A DNA stretch of 64,000 bases. Origin: Oikopleura dioica (lineage: Eukaryota > Animalia > Chordata). The position numbers and the translations under genes are program-made. The notes below the pieces were generated by a model. That model saw nothing but the letters and a program-made list of their open reading frames with translations. It made no database searches and was not told where the DNA came from. Numbering within the stretch: the first letter of the stretch is position 1; every line of letters starts with the position of its first letter. Positions 51,880 through 64,000 of the stretch are shown here, in pieces. The stretch spans positions 8,680,001 to 8,744,000 of the forward strand of contig OU015569.1 in the NCBI GenBank assembly GCA_907165135.1, in the 5' to 3' direction.

Positions 51880-52285
51880 TTAAACTAGCTTTTTCATTGA
51901 AATTAAAAATTCGCATCCAAAAAAAAGAAGCACGAAAAACCTCGATCGGAACTCGTAGCTTCGAAACACTGGCCGATTCTGCCCAAGCAGTCATGGCGAT
52001 CTTAGGCAAAGTTCGAGAAAAACCACCATAAATAGGCTTACTCTCACGGTGCGTTCCGATTCTCCGCTCGTAGAAAAAAAAACGAATGTCTAGGCATTTT
52101 TTTGCATTGGGTCCTGAGAATTGAGCATTTTTTGATATAATCACGTGATCATCAAATTCTGGAAAGGAGTTTCAATCAGACATAATCGAAAATTGCGCCG
52201 AGCCGTTTCCTGGTCTCGTTTTCCCGCACTGTTTATTATTTTCTGCCCGTAACTAATTGACGGTGGCGTTTTATTAAGTTGTTGA

Positions 52286-53385
52286 GTGAGCGGCAAGCCA
52301 ATTTTGTTTTTCGCTTTGATACTATTTATCGAACTCTCGTGTGCAGTTGGTGTTGGCCCACCACCGCCCCCGTTCCCTTCATATGATGAGATTCTGGAGA
52401 AATACGTTTGGAACACCTGGGGAAGATGGAGCTCCTGCTCTGAGACTTGCGGCATGGGCACTCGCACACGTACTCGGACTTGCAATCGCTCGACCAGGGT
52501 CTGCGAGAAATTCCTTGAAACCAAGGCCAGCGAGACAAGGCGCTGCCGGGATCAGCCATGCTGTGAGTCATTTTTTACTTCACTATAGAATTGTATTTAA
52601 CGCTCTTCGTTTCAGCGTGGTGGACATCTTGGAATTCGTGGACTTCTTGTTCCAAGGTAAAACGCACTCAGACTCGTGCAAGAAGAAGTTTTCTTTTTAG
52701 ACTTGTGGAGAGGGCATTTCTGTGAGACGGCGGCAATGCTCCGGCAGCAACTGTCTTGGAAAAGCGATGGACAATCGAAAATGCTCAAATGCACCTTGTC
52801 GTAAGTTGAAGTCAAGGACACGGATTGAATTAGAAATTCAACCGTCTTAATCTTATTTTAGACTCAGGCCAACGAAACTCGGACTGGGAAGAGTGGAGTT
52901 CTTGCCAGTCGTGCTCCTACGCCGCCAGACAAATGAGAAAACGGTTTGGAACTGAAATCGGCGCTCTAATTTAAGATTAACCTAGAGCTTGTGCGTTCAA
53001 GACGCCAACATGCCCCTCGCCTCCTATCGAGAGCCGCTCATGCTTTCAATCGGCGCAGTGCAAATCCGCGCGAGCGATTACTCAGGCGCCATCTCCATCT
53101 CCGACTCTTCGCACCAAAAGACAGAGAGCGACGACGACTCCGTCAACGTCCGTGCGTAGCAGCGGCTGGTCGGAATGGTCAACGTGCAACGCCGGCTGCG
53201 GACACCTCGGTTTCAGGTAAAACACGCGCGCCGCACTCATTGCTTCGACGAAAACAAGCTCTGTTGGTGGCGTATTGATAAAATCGCAAAAATTTAGAAC
53301 TCGAACACGTCCTTGCACGTGGAAGCCAAAGAATTGCCATAAATTCAAGAGCAAAGCAACAGAAAGATGCTTCAGACGTTGTTGA
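52286..53385 (+). CDS. Secreted thrombospondin type-1 repeat protein (4 TSRs; start codon not located)
   Basis: [49 protein letters not shown] and [12 protein letters not shown], linked by GT-AG introns. Confidence 0.85.
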
Positions 53386-53717
53386 ATTCAGAAGAAACGA
53401 TTTAAAGAGATTTCAAGTTCATAAAAACGAATAAGTCTGCTTCTTTTGAATCATTTGTACAAAGAATAAATTACTGCTTTCCATAAAGATTCTGTCGCAA
53501 AGATTCGAAATCACTTATCTTTTGATGGCGAAAAAAAATAACTTTTTTTTGTTGAATCTGCTCAAAAATCCAGATCGTAGTTCTACACTTTCTCGACTAT
53601 TGCAGGTGCTTTGGCCATTCAGCCGACTGATAAATCCTGCTCACATCGTAAAATTGGAATGAACTTTAAATAACACCACCAGCGCATTCTCAAACATTCG
53701 TTTCTTCGAATGGACAA

Positions 53718-56700
53718 ATGCGTTTCTCTACTTTTAATTTTTATTTTCTTTTAGTTTACGCAAGAGAATTGAAAGAAGAAACAAAGTTAAATTACCGTAA
53801 TAACAAATTCTTCGTTCCAGGAATGTTCTTTTTAATTTTCCTCGGCGACTTATTTATTTTAAAAGTATTTATCTTAAAAGTCAATTATTCAATCGAGTTA
53901 GAGGAAAATTGAAAAGCCCTCTAAGTTTTCACCGCCAACAGCACAAAGTACTTGCATACGACCGACAAATTAAGTTCGGAAATAATCAAAGCAATCGAAG
54001 ATGTAAAGGCCTCGAGGTCCCTTAAATCGTCACTAATGACGTGGGCTTATAGGCATTCGTCCGGATAAAGTGGGTTTTCAACAGTGGTTGATATTTTCTC
54101 CTTGATCTAGTTAGTGCCATTCTACTAAGGCGCGGAGAATTTCTTCAAAGAAAAAGAGTAGAAATATATATTTCTCGGCTCACGTGATTCTATTTGGTGA
54201 CCTCACTTGAAGAAAGAATTCGGGATTGATCTAGACGTAAATATTTTCGAATCCAATTGTCAACCGGATCTTGTCATCTCAAAGACACTTTCGCTATGGC
54301 AAAACAGGAGCCAAGCACCTCCAGTTGGGCTTGTCGGCTTTTCTTGCGACGCAGAACATCACACAGTCGCCCAACTAGCCTCCCAGTGGGAGCTCCCTTT
54401 GATCGCACCAGGAACGGTTATACTTATTCATTCTCCTCATAGCCATCATTAATTATAACCGAGCAGGGATGCGTCGAATACTGGGCGAAAAAGACTCGCC
54501 TAGGCGAAAGAAAGCATCGACGACGATCCGCACAGGTCTCCACAGGAAAGTTCAACCATTAGAACATGTCGTCTTTCTAACCGAGTTGTGGAACAAATTA
54601 ATTTATATAATATAAACATCGCGCTTAGTAGCTTCAGTTGAGAGATGCTTTGAATAAATATAAAGTGACGTTCTTGCACGTTTTCTGAAGGATCTCCTTG
54701 ATGACCAAATATTCAATGATACATACGAGTAATGAGCTAATCGTTTCGCGAATGCAGCATAAATGTTTTCAGTCCAATTAATCCCTTCGGAGTATCGCTC
54801 CTTTCGCTTGCCGAGAGTAAGCATGGATACCCCAAATCATCGGAAAATGACGGCGATTGCGGGGCTTACATGGCGCAGCTCCATTCCAAATTGAGCAAGG
54901 AAAAGAAAAAGTACAGTCCAGTCTCCATTATTGCCGAGAACGAAGAGGAGTTCTGCGACAAGCAGGATCAAATCGTTGCGGAGATCATGGCGCGCTCGCG
55001 AACGGTGATCTTTTGCATGGGTAAATGAATTAGAGGCGAAGCATTCGGCCGCACTTGTGGAATTGATTAGCAAACTTGGTCAAGTAAAATTTCGTTTACC
55101 GTTTTGTTAAGAGCCACACCTGTTCCGGACAGCTTTACAGGAGTGCGACCGCAAGAGCCACGCGCATGAAAATATGAACTTGCTCGAAAATCCTCTCACG
55201 TGTCTCCTCTGAGGCAAGATGCTTTGCTCATAATTTTTTCGTCTTTTTATGACGATTTTAAAACTTTTGATTAATAATAAAGAGCAAAGAGAAAAGAACG
55301 CGCGTGGCATATTTTCTATCGCATTTTAGAAAATCACAGAATCGCCACGTTACAAGCTCGAACACGACAAAAAATGGAACTTTATCTATCTGGACTTGTA
55401 TCGCCAAGTCAACTGGGACAGGCAAGGTTTAACTAGCAGCACTATCATGCGATTTAAGCAATCACTCTTGAACCGTTTTTAAAAGTTGTTACTTATGGTC
55501 AGGCAACTCTGAAGAAAAACAACTGTGCCCAGAACCTGCAGCGAAGAATGCTTACTCGACAAATATCTGGACCGAACGATTAAACGATACTCTTAAGGCA
55601 AAACCATTTCCATCAGAAGACCTCTTGACTGGCATTTGGCAGACATCTGTCGTCAGTGTTCCGCAACTTGGCTTACCACGTTTAGTGGGTCCTATAGGCG
55701 AGTGCAGAAATCAACCTCCGTGAGTTCAGCATTTCCTGCTTGACGTTTATAACTTGATGTTTATCTCAGTGAGTCCTCATGCGCTGAGAACCCATTCCAG
55801 TACTGGTATTACGAGGCAATCTTCAGTCTTGGCGCGGCAATCAATCACACTATCCAACGCGGCGGAGACCCTTATAATGGAACTCATTTGCTTGACTTCT
55901 TCAGAAACGGATCTGTAGAGATTCGAAAGCAAATAGGCTGGTTTCCCGATCAAACGGAGCAAGTCAAAAAGTACTTCAATGATCTGATGGAGCTTGATGT
56001 AACATTCTCTGTTTCTCAATTTTTCTCGCCGACGCTTTTAAGTCCTACCAACGCACGTGAGGTTCCGAAGTGTTTCAAAAATCGTGATATAGACAACGAA
56101 TGGATTTTCGATAGCGAAGAAGGAAAACGGTGCGTTGAGGAAAAAGGTAACGTGCCTACAACTAGCCCAATTAACTGAAAAATAGACTGCGAGATGACTT
56201 GTGGAATAGGTGATGAACCATGTTGGGTCACGTGCTTAGAATGGAACTCAGCTTCTGGTTTTCCTCGCTCAAGCTATCATGATAGGCTCATCTGAGTAGG
56301 GTTGAGGCATTTTATTTAATTAAAGCAATTATTCATGCAATATATATTCCATTCTTATCTTAATTTTATACATACCAAGAAAAGCCTATATTGTAAAAAG
56401 CTTATTCTTAGGCTAATTCAGCTTATTTGAAAGTCGAATTTCCTTAGAGTTAGGAAATTTGGGCAGATATTGAAACTATTACAAAGAACTAAGAAGGAAA
56501 TAAGCATCATATGAGCCATTTTGTTGAATAAAATTGTTTTACGGATGATGTATCTGAAGGCAAGAGATTAAAAGGCTAATGTGGTATAGGCAAAATTAAC
56601 CCGATACTGTCCCTGCGACTTTTCGAATGAACCTCCGCCTTGTGGATACGACGGAGCAAAATGTGACAAGACGAACACTGTGCAGGTCGTCATTGTTACG

Positions 56701-59700
56701 ATTATGGCTAGGGATCACGTTCTCGGCGAACCTATAATAAACCAAGCAATTGCTAAAACGTGCTTAAAGCTGTAGTTTCAACGGGATTTATTCTTTTTGG
56801 AACAGTCAAACTAGCATCATACATTCAGAAGCGTTTCAGGTTCGTTTGAGGAAACATAATGTTTCATTTCTATTGTTGCTACTGTTACTTGATAATGCAA
56901 TAAATCATTTGCAGATGCATCGCGAATCCGAACGAGCCGCCTTTCGAAGTCAACGAAGAAGTGGAGAAAGATGTTGATGTGAGCCTTTCAATTTGCTGAG
57001 ATCTGGGTTAAGTAAAAATTAAGAGTTTCATCAACAGACGAATTACGGACAAAACCGTGGGAACTCCCATCGGTGGATATCTCCGGGCATCTTTGTTCTC
57101 CATGAACGGGCAATCAGGCCCTCAGGAACGATTTCAAAAGCGTAATTTCTAGGAAAAGTTAACGATTATGAAAGGAAATTCCCTCGAAAGCTACGAAAAC
57201 GATACACCGATTTAGTTGTCTTCAAAGAAACCGTTGTGGCAATAAAAGATCTCGGTCCCCAATTCGCGTTGCTGAGACTTATGAAACAAGAAAAAGAGGA
57301 GCTGCGAAAAATGATGGTTTTAAACCACCGTAACGTGGCTGTCTTCCATGGATTGCTTTATGAAAATGAACACGGCTACTTCTTGCAGGAAATTGTCAAA
57401 AGGCGGAGATTTTTTCGTCTCTTGCTTGGCAAAGCAGGAGAATGTCATTTTGGCTTTCTCCTACTTTTGACGAAAGGGAAGGAATATGGTGCGCACGGCA
57501 GCCTCAAAGACATCTTGTCAAGCAAAATTCAGCTGACGTGGGAAATGAAGAAGTCTCTCGTCATAGACTTAATAGAAGGTCTCGCCTACATTCACAGGTT
57601 CACAGTTTAAACTTTTTGCTTGTTTTTTGCGCCGCGGCAAAGAACTCATTTGAATCAAAAGGTCGCAGCTTCGCTATCACGGCTTCCTGAACACGACCTC
57701 GTGCTTAGTAACTGGAAGACTCGCTGTTAAAGTGGGTAATTATGGTAAGAGCTGTTCAACGCGTATTATATTATCATTTTCAATTGTTTCTTCTAGGCGT
57801 CCAGCGACTGCGGCAGCAAGCACGGATTTTTCGAAAAGACGAGGTAATGCGTAATCGATGAGTCTATGAGTCTGTTTCAAGTCGGAAGCGCAAGAATCCG
57901 CCTGGCTAAAACGAGCGGACATTTATCTCATTCCGCAGTCGTACTTATATCATACTTCGTGATTTATTATTAGAAGGCTCATCCTGCGTTAAAGTTCAAT
58001 TGTATTCTCGCTTTCTAACAAGAGCGATTGTTTAATTCTGATAATTTGTGACTGCCGAGGAGCCTTACCGGAAAGGATAAGCCGGAATAGAAGTGACATT
58101 GGCCGGAACACTGGAGACAAATGCTCGACTGATCCGCGCCATTCTAAAAAAGTCGCTCAAGCACGTGAAACGGGCTAGAAATTTTAAGCAGAAGTCACTT
58201 TAATTTGCTGCTGGTCAAGGGTAATCCAAGAAACGTGTTCGCTGCGAGTTTAGAACTTTGGGAGACTGAGCTTGTTGTAAATTAGCATTCCGAATTCAGG
58301 ACTACCTCTGTCGATTACAACTCTGGCAAGCGCCTGAAATTCTCAACAACCCGTCTGAGACCGACGTCCGTGAGTACAACAACGGATCATCGCTTTGCTG
58401 GCCAAGACTGGACAAGAGATAGTGCTCGCTCGGTGATATTAGCGACGCAAGCTGATCCAATGTTGTTTTATGCAAAATATGATTTTTTTCTTAGCGACGT
58501 TACAACGCGCCGATGTTTATTCTTTTGGAATAATCGCACATGAAGTAATCTACGGCAAAGGCTGTTTTTGGCTGGGTCCTGAGACGCCCAATCCAAATAT
58601 CGAAACGCTTGGTGAGTGGCTTTCTACCTTTCATCCGGCTTCAAACTCCATTTAGTCGAAAACGTGCGCAACAACTTTCTGGATGTCAATGGCAACTCAC
58701 CACGCCCCTTTATCCCAATCGATCAGAGCGAACACATTCGACTGTGCAACATCCAGGTACATGTTCAAACGCCGTCTTTGCTTCCTCTTTGATTAGCCGA
58801 GCTCTCCGAATCAGCTCAAATCAAGCGTCGACATGGCAAACATCATGGTTGCTTGTTGGTCTCAAAATCCTATCCAAAGACCAGAACTCGAGCGACTACG
58901 TAAAACAATGTCTTCGGGACCCAGAAAAGATATGGTCGATGACCTTGCAACACGACTACAGGTCTTAAAAGCCCTCAAATAAAGAATAGACGCCTTTTTT
59001 CTAGGATTACACAACGAAACTTGATCAGATGGTCGACCAAAAAACGCGAAAAATTGCTGAAGAAAAAATGAAAAGCGAGGAACTTTGCTATAATCTCTTG
59101 CCAAAAAGCGTGGCTGAAGATTTATCTGACGGAAAGGAAATAAGTAACTAATGATAAATGACAGTTTCCTTTGTTGTTGTTCTTGAGAAGAAAATATTAT
59201 TACTGTGAAAAGGGCTACGAACCAGTAGAATTCAAAGCAGTAACAATCTACCAGTCTGACATTCAAGGATTCACCAAAATCGGCACTCAGTCGAAGCCTA
59301 TTCAAATTATGACGATGTTGCGCCTGATCTACGAGATCTTTGATCGCATCATATCGACGGTGGACGCCTACAAAGTCGAAACGATCGGCGACGCATATGT
59401 TGCGGTGTCGGGTGCGCATCCTCCGAACTCGAATCATGCATCGGAAATTGCCACTTTCTCGCTCGCTGTTCAGTTTGGGCTTCAAACACGCGCACATTCT
59501 TTCTAAATTTCTAGCTCCGCGTCACAAAAACGCGTTCTCAAGCCTGAATCAGCGGGAAATCGACAAATTTCAAATTCCACACCTTCCACACGAAAAACTC
59601 ATGATCCGAATAGGCCTTCACAGGCACCAGTTCCGAAAAAGACAAACTTAACTTCTGAATAAGGTTAAGTCAGCCCTCTTTAGATAGCGGTCGATAGCAC

Positions 59701-60530
59701 TCAAGCCTAGGAGGCACTTGAAAATTACTTCGATTAGTGAAGAGAACATTAAAGGTCTTATGAACTCATCAAAAGTGGACCGGTAGTAAGTGGCGTTGTT
59801 GGCAACGTCATGCCAAGGTGGTGTCTATTTGGCAGAACAAGAGAGCTCACAGATATCATGGAGTCTTGTGGCTCATCAGACTCGGTAAGCAAGTCCGAAT
59901 TAGAAACAAACAACCCTTTAAAGATTCACGTTTCCGAACAAACAGCCGAGTTTCTACGAAGAGACCCGAAAATAAACTGGTCGGTTGGACTGCGAGAACG
60001 GCCCAGGGAAGACTTTCCTCCTAACATGGAGAAGATCGAGGGCGAAATCGATCGAACATTTTGGCTCGTGAAACACGGCATTCCAAGAACAGGGAGAAAG
60101 AGTCAACTCGGCGCATTCATGCCCGACACATATTCGAGGCTGACGAGGAATTCCAGCTCGAGTTTATGTGGCTCGCGGTCAACGAGGAGGTCGTCGGTTC
60201 CCCTTTCGATCCATTCAACGAATTCCATCGGCAGCTTTATTCATCCTTATGTCAGCAAAAGCAGGTTAGTTTTTGTAACTCTCCATCTGTCAAAATGTTC
60301 TAAGCTCGAGTGAACTCGTCAAATCAAACAGTACGGCTTCGGTGGGAACCCTTACTGAAGATTTGGAGCAGAAGTGGAAGATCGGAAATTTGAACTCCCA
60401 GGGGAGGAGATCGACGATTTATCTTGAGCCGAGTAAAAAGGAACGCACGCGAGAAACTTATAATGAGCCTGTTCGAGCGAATCCACGTAATTACGGAAGA
60501 CTCAGCCGCCGATTCTCCGCGCTTATGTAA
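53718..60530 (+). CDS. Receptor (membrane) guanylyl cyclase, natriuretic-peptide-receptor architecture
   Basis: Signal peptide; ligand-binding ECD (LASQWELPLIAP); PPPCGYDGAKC; TM segment; kinase-homology domain (EYGAHGSLKDIL, ADVYSFGII); cyclase TIYQSDIQGFT, YKVETIGDAY, RIGLHSGP, MPRWCLFG. Confidence 0.93.
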
Positions 60531-60666
60531 TATTAGCCTTTACTGTTCATTCACTGTCGAAGGAAAATAACTTTCATGCACAATACAGAAAACGACGTCG
60601 AAAATGAGTTCATGGAGAATTTCACTCTGCATTTTCTGTTCAAAGGAGCCTTCTGTTTATTTATAC

Positions 60667-62229
60667 TTATGAGCAAATATTTGGGGGTACATAGAAGACC
60701 TCTGGAAAGTCGGTATAGAAAGCAAGTTGTAGGTTTAAATCGTGCGAGCTAGTTGTGTGGATGTCGAAGCTCTCTACCGGGAGAGTGTCGTTTTTTACCA
60801 TGTCGCCGCCGATGTGGAGTAGGACAGGCTTCTCGTTTATAGAGTATTTGATGGTTCTATGACCATGCCGTGGCCTCAGCATATCTTTAACATAGATTAA
60901 TCAATCATAAGATGATCGTTACCTGGGCCGGGCGTCCAAACATTATTCTGAAAGTAGAATGAACTCGACTGAGAAACATCATCGATTCCAGTAATTCCTC
61001 CAAATACCCAGATTGCCTGGTGCCCTGGACCTAAATTAACCGCCACTGCTGAGAATAACCTATTTTTCTGCTCTTGACGAGTGTTTGAAAGCCAAAGAAA
61101 AACTTATAAAAGAACAGTTCCTTAGGGGTGTTGGCATTGGTGGCATCGAAGTCCAACTTGACTCTCCAAGTTTTTCAACAGCGACTTCATCTTGTCCGAA
61201 GCCTTTATACCCACCGAGGATCATCGGATTTCCGTCAAAAAACGTGACCATCGAGCCAAACATGTGTTTGGTTTGTGTGTTCGGGCCTTGCGTGAATGAG
61301 CTCCCATCGAAAATTGTGCAGTTTGTGTCTATTAAAAATAAATTTGACAATTCTTCTTCAGTAATCTAACCAAGCTCGTTAAACATTGTTCCGCAAATGT
61401 AAACTTTTCTATCTGCTCCGACAGTGCATGCGTGACCAGCCTTTATCGAGATATAAAAAGTTTTTTTACTAACTAAATGAGGAATATCGGAGATAAATTA
61501 GCAACGATTGATATTTCTCATATAATCTTCCTTGTTTTCTTGAGTGCTTTGACCGTATTCAAAAAGTGTTATAAACGCGATTTGATTGACTATGTTAGTC
61601 CTAGTTTTTCATGGTTGAAAATGGTCGAAGTCACGGATTACAGACATTGTCATAATCTGCGGCTTAGAAATGGATAGTAAATGCTAGACGAAACATATAT
61701 CAATCGCTTTAATGATCGTAGACGTTCGAGATTTGCTGCAGAGTTATGACGTTTGTTTTAATTTAATGCAGCAAAGCTGCAAAGCAACCCGTCTTAGTTA
61801 ACTTATATCAATGCAAGGTATAATCTAGAGGCTTCCTGAGCATGGATAAAGAATATATCTCAGTCCCTTACAAAGGATATGGAAGCTCGATTCCAGTATC
61901 TTTCAAAGCACATCCATCAACTTCGAATACGGTTTTTGTTCCGTCCGAGTTGTCCGGAAGGCCGCCAATAATGAACATTTTGTCGTTGATCTGAGCAGAA
62001 CATGCCCATTTGACCTTGAAATTGATAAATAGCTAGGAAAATGTAAACTCACTTGCACTCCATGATCGTATGAGAAATTCGAAATCTTCGTTGACTGTTC
62101 AGAAGTCCCATTAAAAGATAGAAGGTATGGGTCATTTGCCATCGTCCATTGGTTCAAAATAAGCAAGCTTTCTGATGCGGCCGTTACACTCACAGCTAGA
62201 AATGCGCATATCCTTGCTGAAATTCTCAT
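60667..62229 (-). CDS. Secreted kelch/beta-propeller protein
   Basis: Signal MRISARICAFLAVSVTA; blades GNPMILGGY...WTSMPPMPTP and IWVFGG. Confidence 0.7.
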
Positions 62230-62749
62230 TTTTTTCTATATCAAAAAGAATTGAAAAATTTAAATTTCATTTTTGAGCAGCTGTTTTTTCCCATCGTTTA
62301 TTTACGTGGAAGATCTTTTGGGTAAAATTTACAATTTTGCGTCGTATTTTTTTCAATTCTCATTTTTGATAAATTCCAATGCGAATTTTGAAGAAGTCGC
62401 TTTTCCTCTACCCTTTTTTCGTCGATGGAAAGAGCCAGTTTCATGCAGAGAGCCCAGAAGACTGCAAGATAGGGTTCTAAAAACGGCAATAATGATATAA
62501 ATCACTTGAAAATTATCGAACCCTGCGTAGAGAGTCTGTGAGCTATCAAGAAGTTGCAATTACTGGAATTTTTCGAAAACTGAAAGGAGAACAGAAGGCT
62601 TTGATTTCACTTGCGAATTGATTAATTCCGGAAAAAGGGTTACCGGAGTTTCATTTAGAAAATCTGATGCTGCGGTCGAAGAGGTATAAAAGAGGGAAAA
62701 TTTTGACTTCTTTATTGATAAGTTTTTCTGCGGAAGTTTTGTTGAATTG

Positions 62750-63150
62750 TTGGATCAATCATTGGAATCCTGCCGTTTTGAAATCAACGAAGAGAACTAC
62801 ACAAACGAACCAATTTACGGACATATTTACACAAAGACGGAAGGCGATTGTGAAGGTTTTTTTCGGAAATTTATACAGATGAAAAAATTCAAGTTTAGAA
62901 ATATTTGACAAATGCAAGAGCTGCCAACATTTCCGATGGACAGAAGTATACTCCGAATTGGAAAACAACATCAGTCAAGAAGTGCGGTTTTATGCAGGTT
63001 ATTGCCAGCTCCAGAACAAGGTGAAAATTATCGTCAGCAAATTATACGCTAACAATGCTTACTAGCCTCAATACACAGCGCGTCAGATGCGCGACATCCT
63101 GGAAGAAGAAAGCGAAGAGATTCAACGAATAATGCTCAAGGAATACTACT
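62750..63150 (+). CDS. Possible spliced gene, unidentified
   Basis: Protein-like exons CRFEINEENYTNEPIYGHIYTK and CKSCQHFRWTEVYSELENNISQEVRFYAGYCQL; model incomplete. Confidence 0.3.
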
Positions 63151-64000
63151 AAAATCGCAATAATCAGAATCAGCTTCCCTATTTTTCTCGAACCTGTCCT
63201 CGGCGCAATAAAAGTGCCTCAATGTCGATAATCCGCGACATCTGAGTACTACCTGTGCTCAATCATCTTAATTTAATCTTTTACGATCTGATAATAGCGC
63301 AATGGCTTTGCAAACACAATCATGGCCTTATTTTAACTTTTATCCAACTAATTCCGGGAAAATTATTATTGATCGTTCTCTGGCGAAAGAACCGTAAAAT
63401 AATTCTTCGTAGATTTTCAAGTGTCATTGTTGGACAGACTCAATTTGTCAAAGTAGAGTAGAAGATAAGAAGGCTAACATATTTAGCCAAATTCAATTAT
63501 TCCGCGCTTCGAAATTGATTTTACGCTCTTGCTACTGGTTATCTCCGGTCAAAAAAAATTCAACTCAAATGATCTCTTTAAATTTTCTGTATGTCGATCA
63601 AATTCTTTAGAAGATTAGATTTTTCAATTTTCATGCAAGCAAGAGTTATTTTTACCGTTTCCGGGTGAAAGGAAATTAATACTTTTTACGTATCACTTTT
63701 CACGCTTTGAATCTATTGTGACGATCTTCCGGTCTGGTTTTTATCTATTATCTATTATTTAATAAAGATCAATTAGCAAAGCTATAAGTGCCGTAATAAC
63801 TGGCTATTAGCCTTTTGAACTGTGCAGGGAGCCCATTGAACTGATCCTTTTGGAGGTAAATTTCTCTAAAAAAGGCTCTTCGTAGTGAAACGCGAGAGGT
63901 ACGGATGTCAGATAAGACCGAAATTAAAAAGATCGCTGAAATTATTTCTAGAGGCCTGCGTATCGTTTTTCATCCCGCTCAGAGTCTGAGCCTCAGACGA

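Overview
This is gene-dense eukaryotic DNA with many 35-100 nt introns. That architecture, plus frequent non-GT donors, points to a larvacean tunicate such as Oikopleura (inference). Recognisable genes, left to right: end of a kelch gene, claudin-like, SGPL1, a secreted trefoil-like/pseudo-protease, a same-strand run ANKRD49-ESCO-MICU1-PDSS2 (tRNA-Leu nested in an ESCO intron), BAZ1A/ACF1, a divergent R-Smad, synaptotagmin-1, a mucin-stalk trypsin, SMKR1, a PLA2-fold protein, Cdx, EGF and TSP1 proteins, a receptor guanylyl cyclase and a secreted kelch protein. Four non-autonomous TIR elements are present. The strongest unexplained signal is in the introns: 12 non-canonical introns (GA/GC/GG-AG), placed by reading-frame continuity and usually homology, carry a short inverted repeat pairing their 5' and 3' ends in nearly the same register, although the arm sequences are unrelated. 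Exon boundaries were read by eye, so gene ends are approximate where stated.
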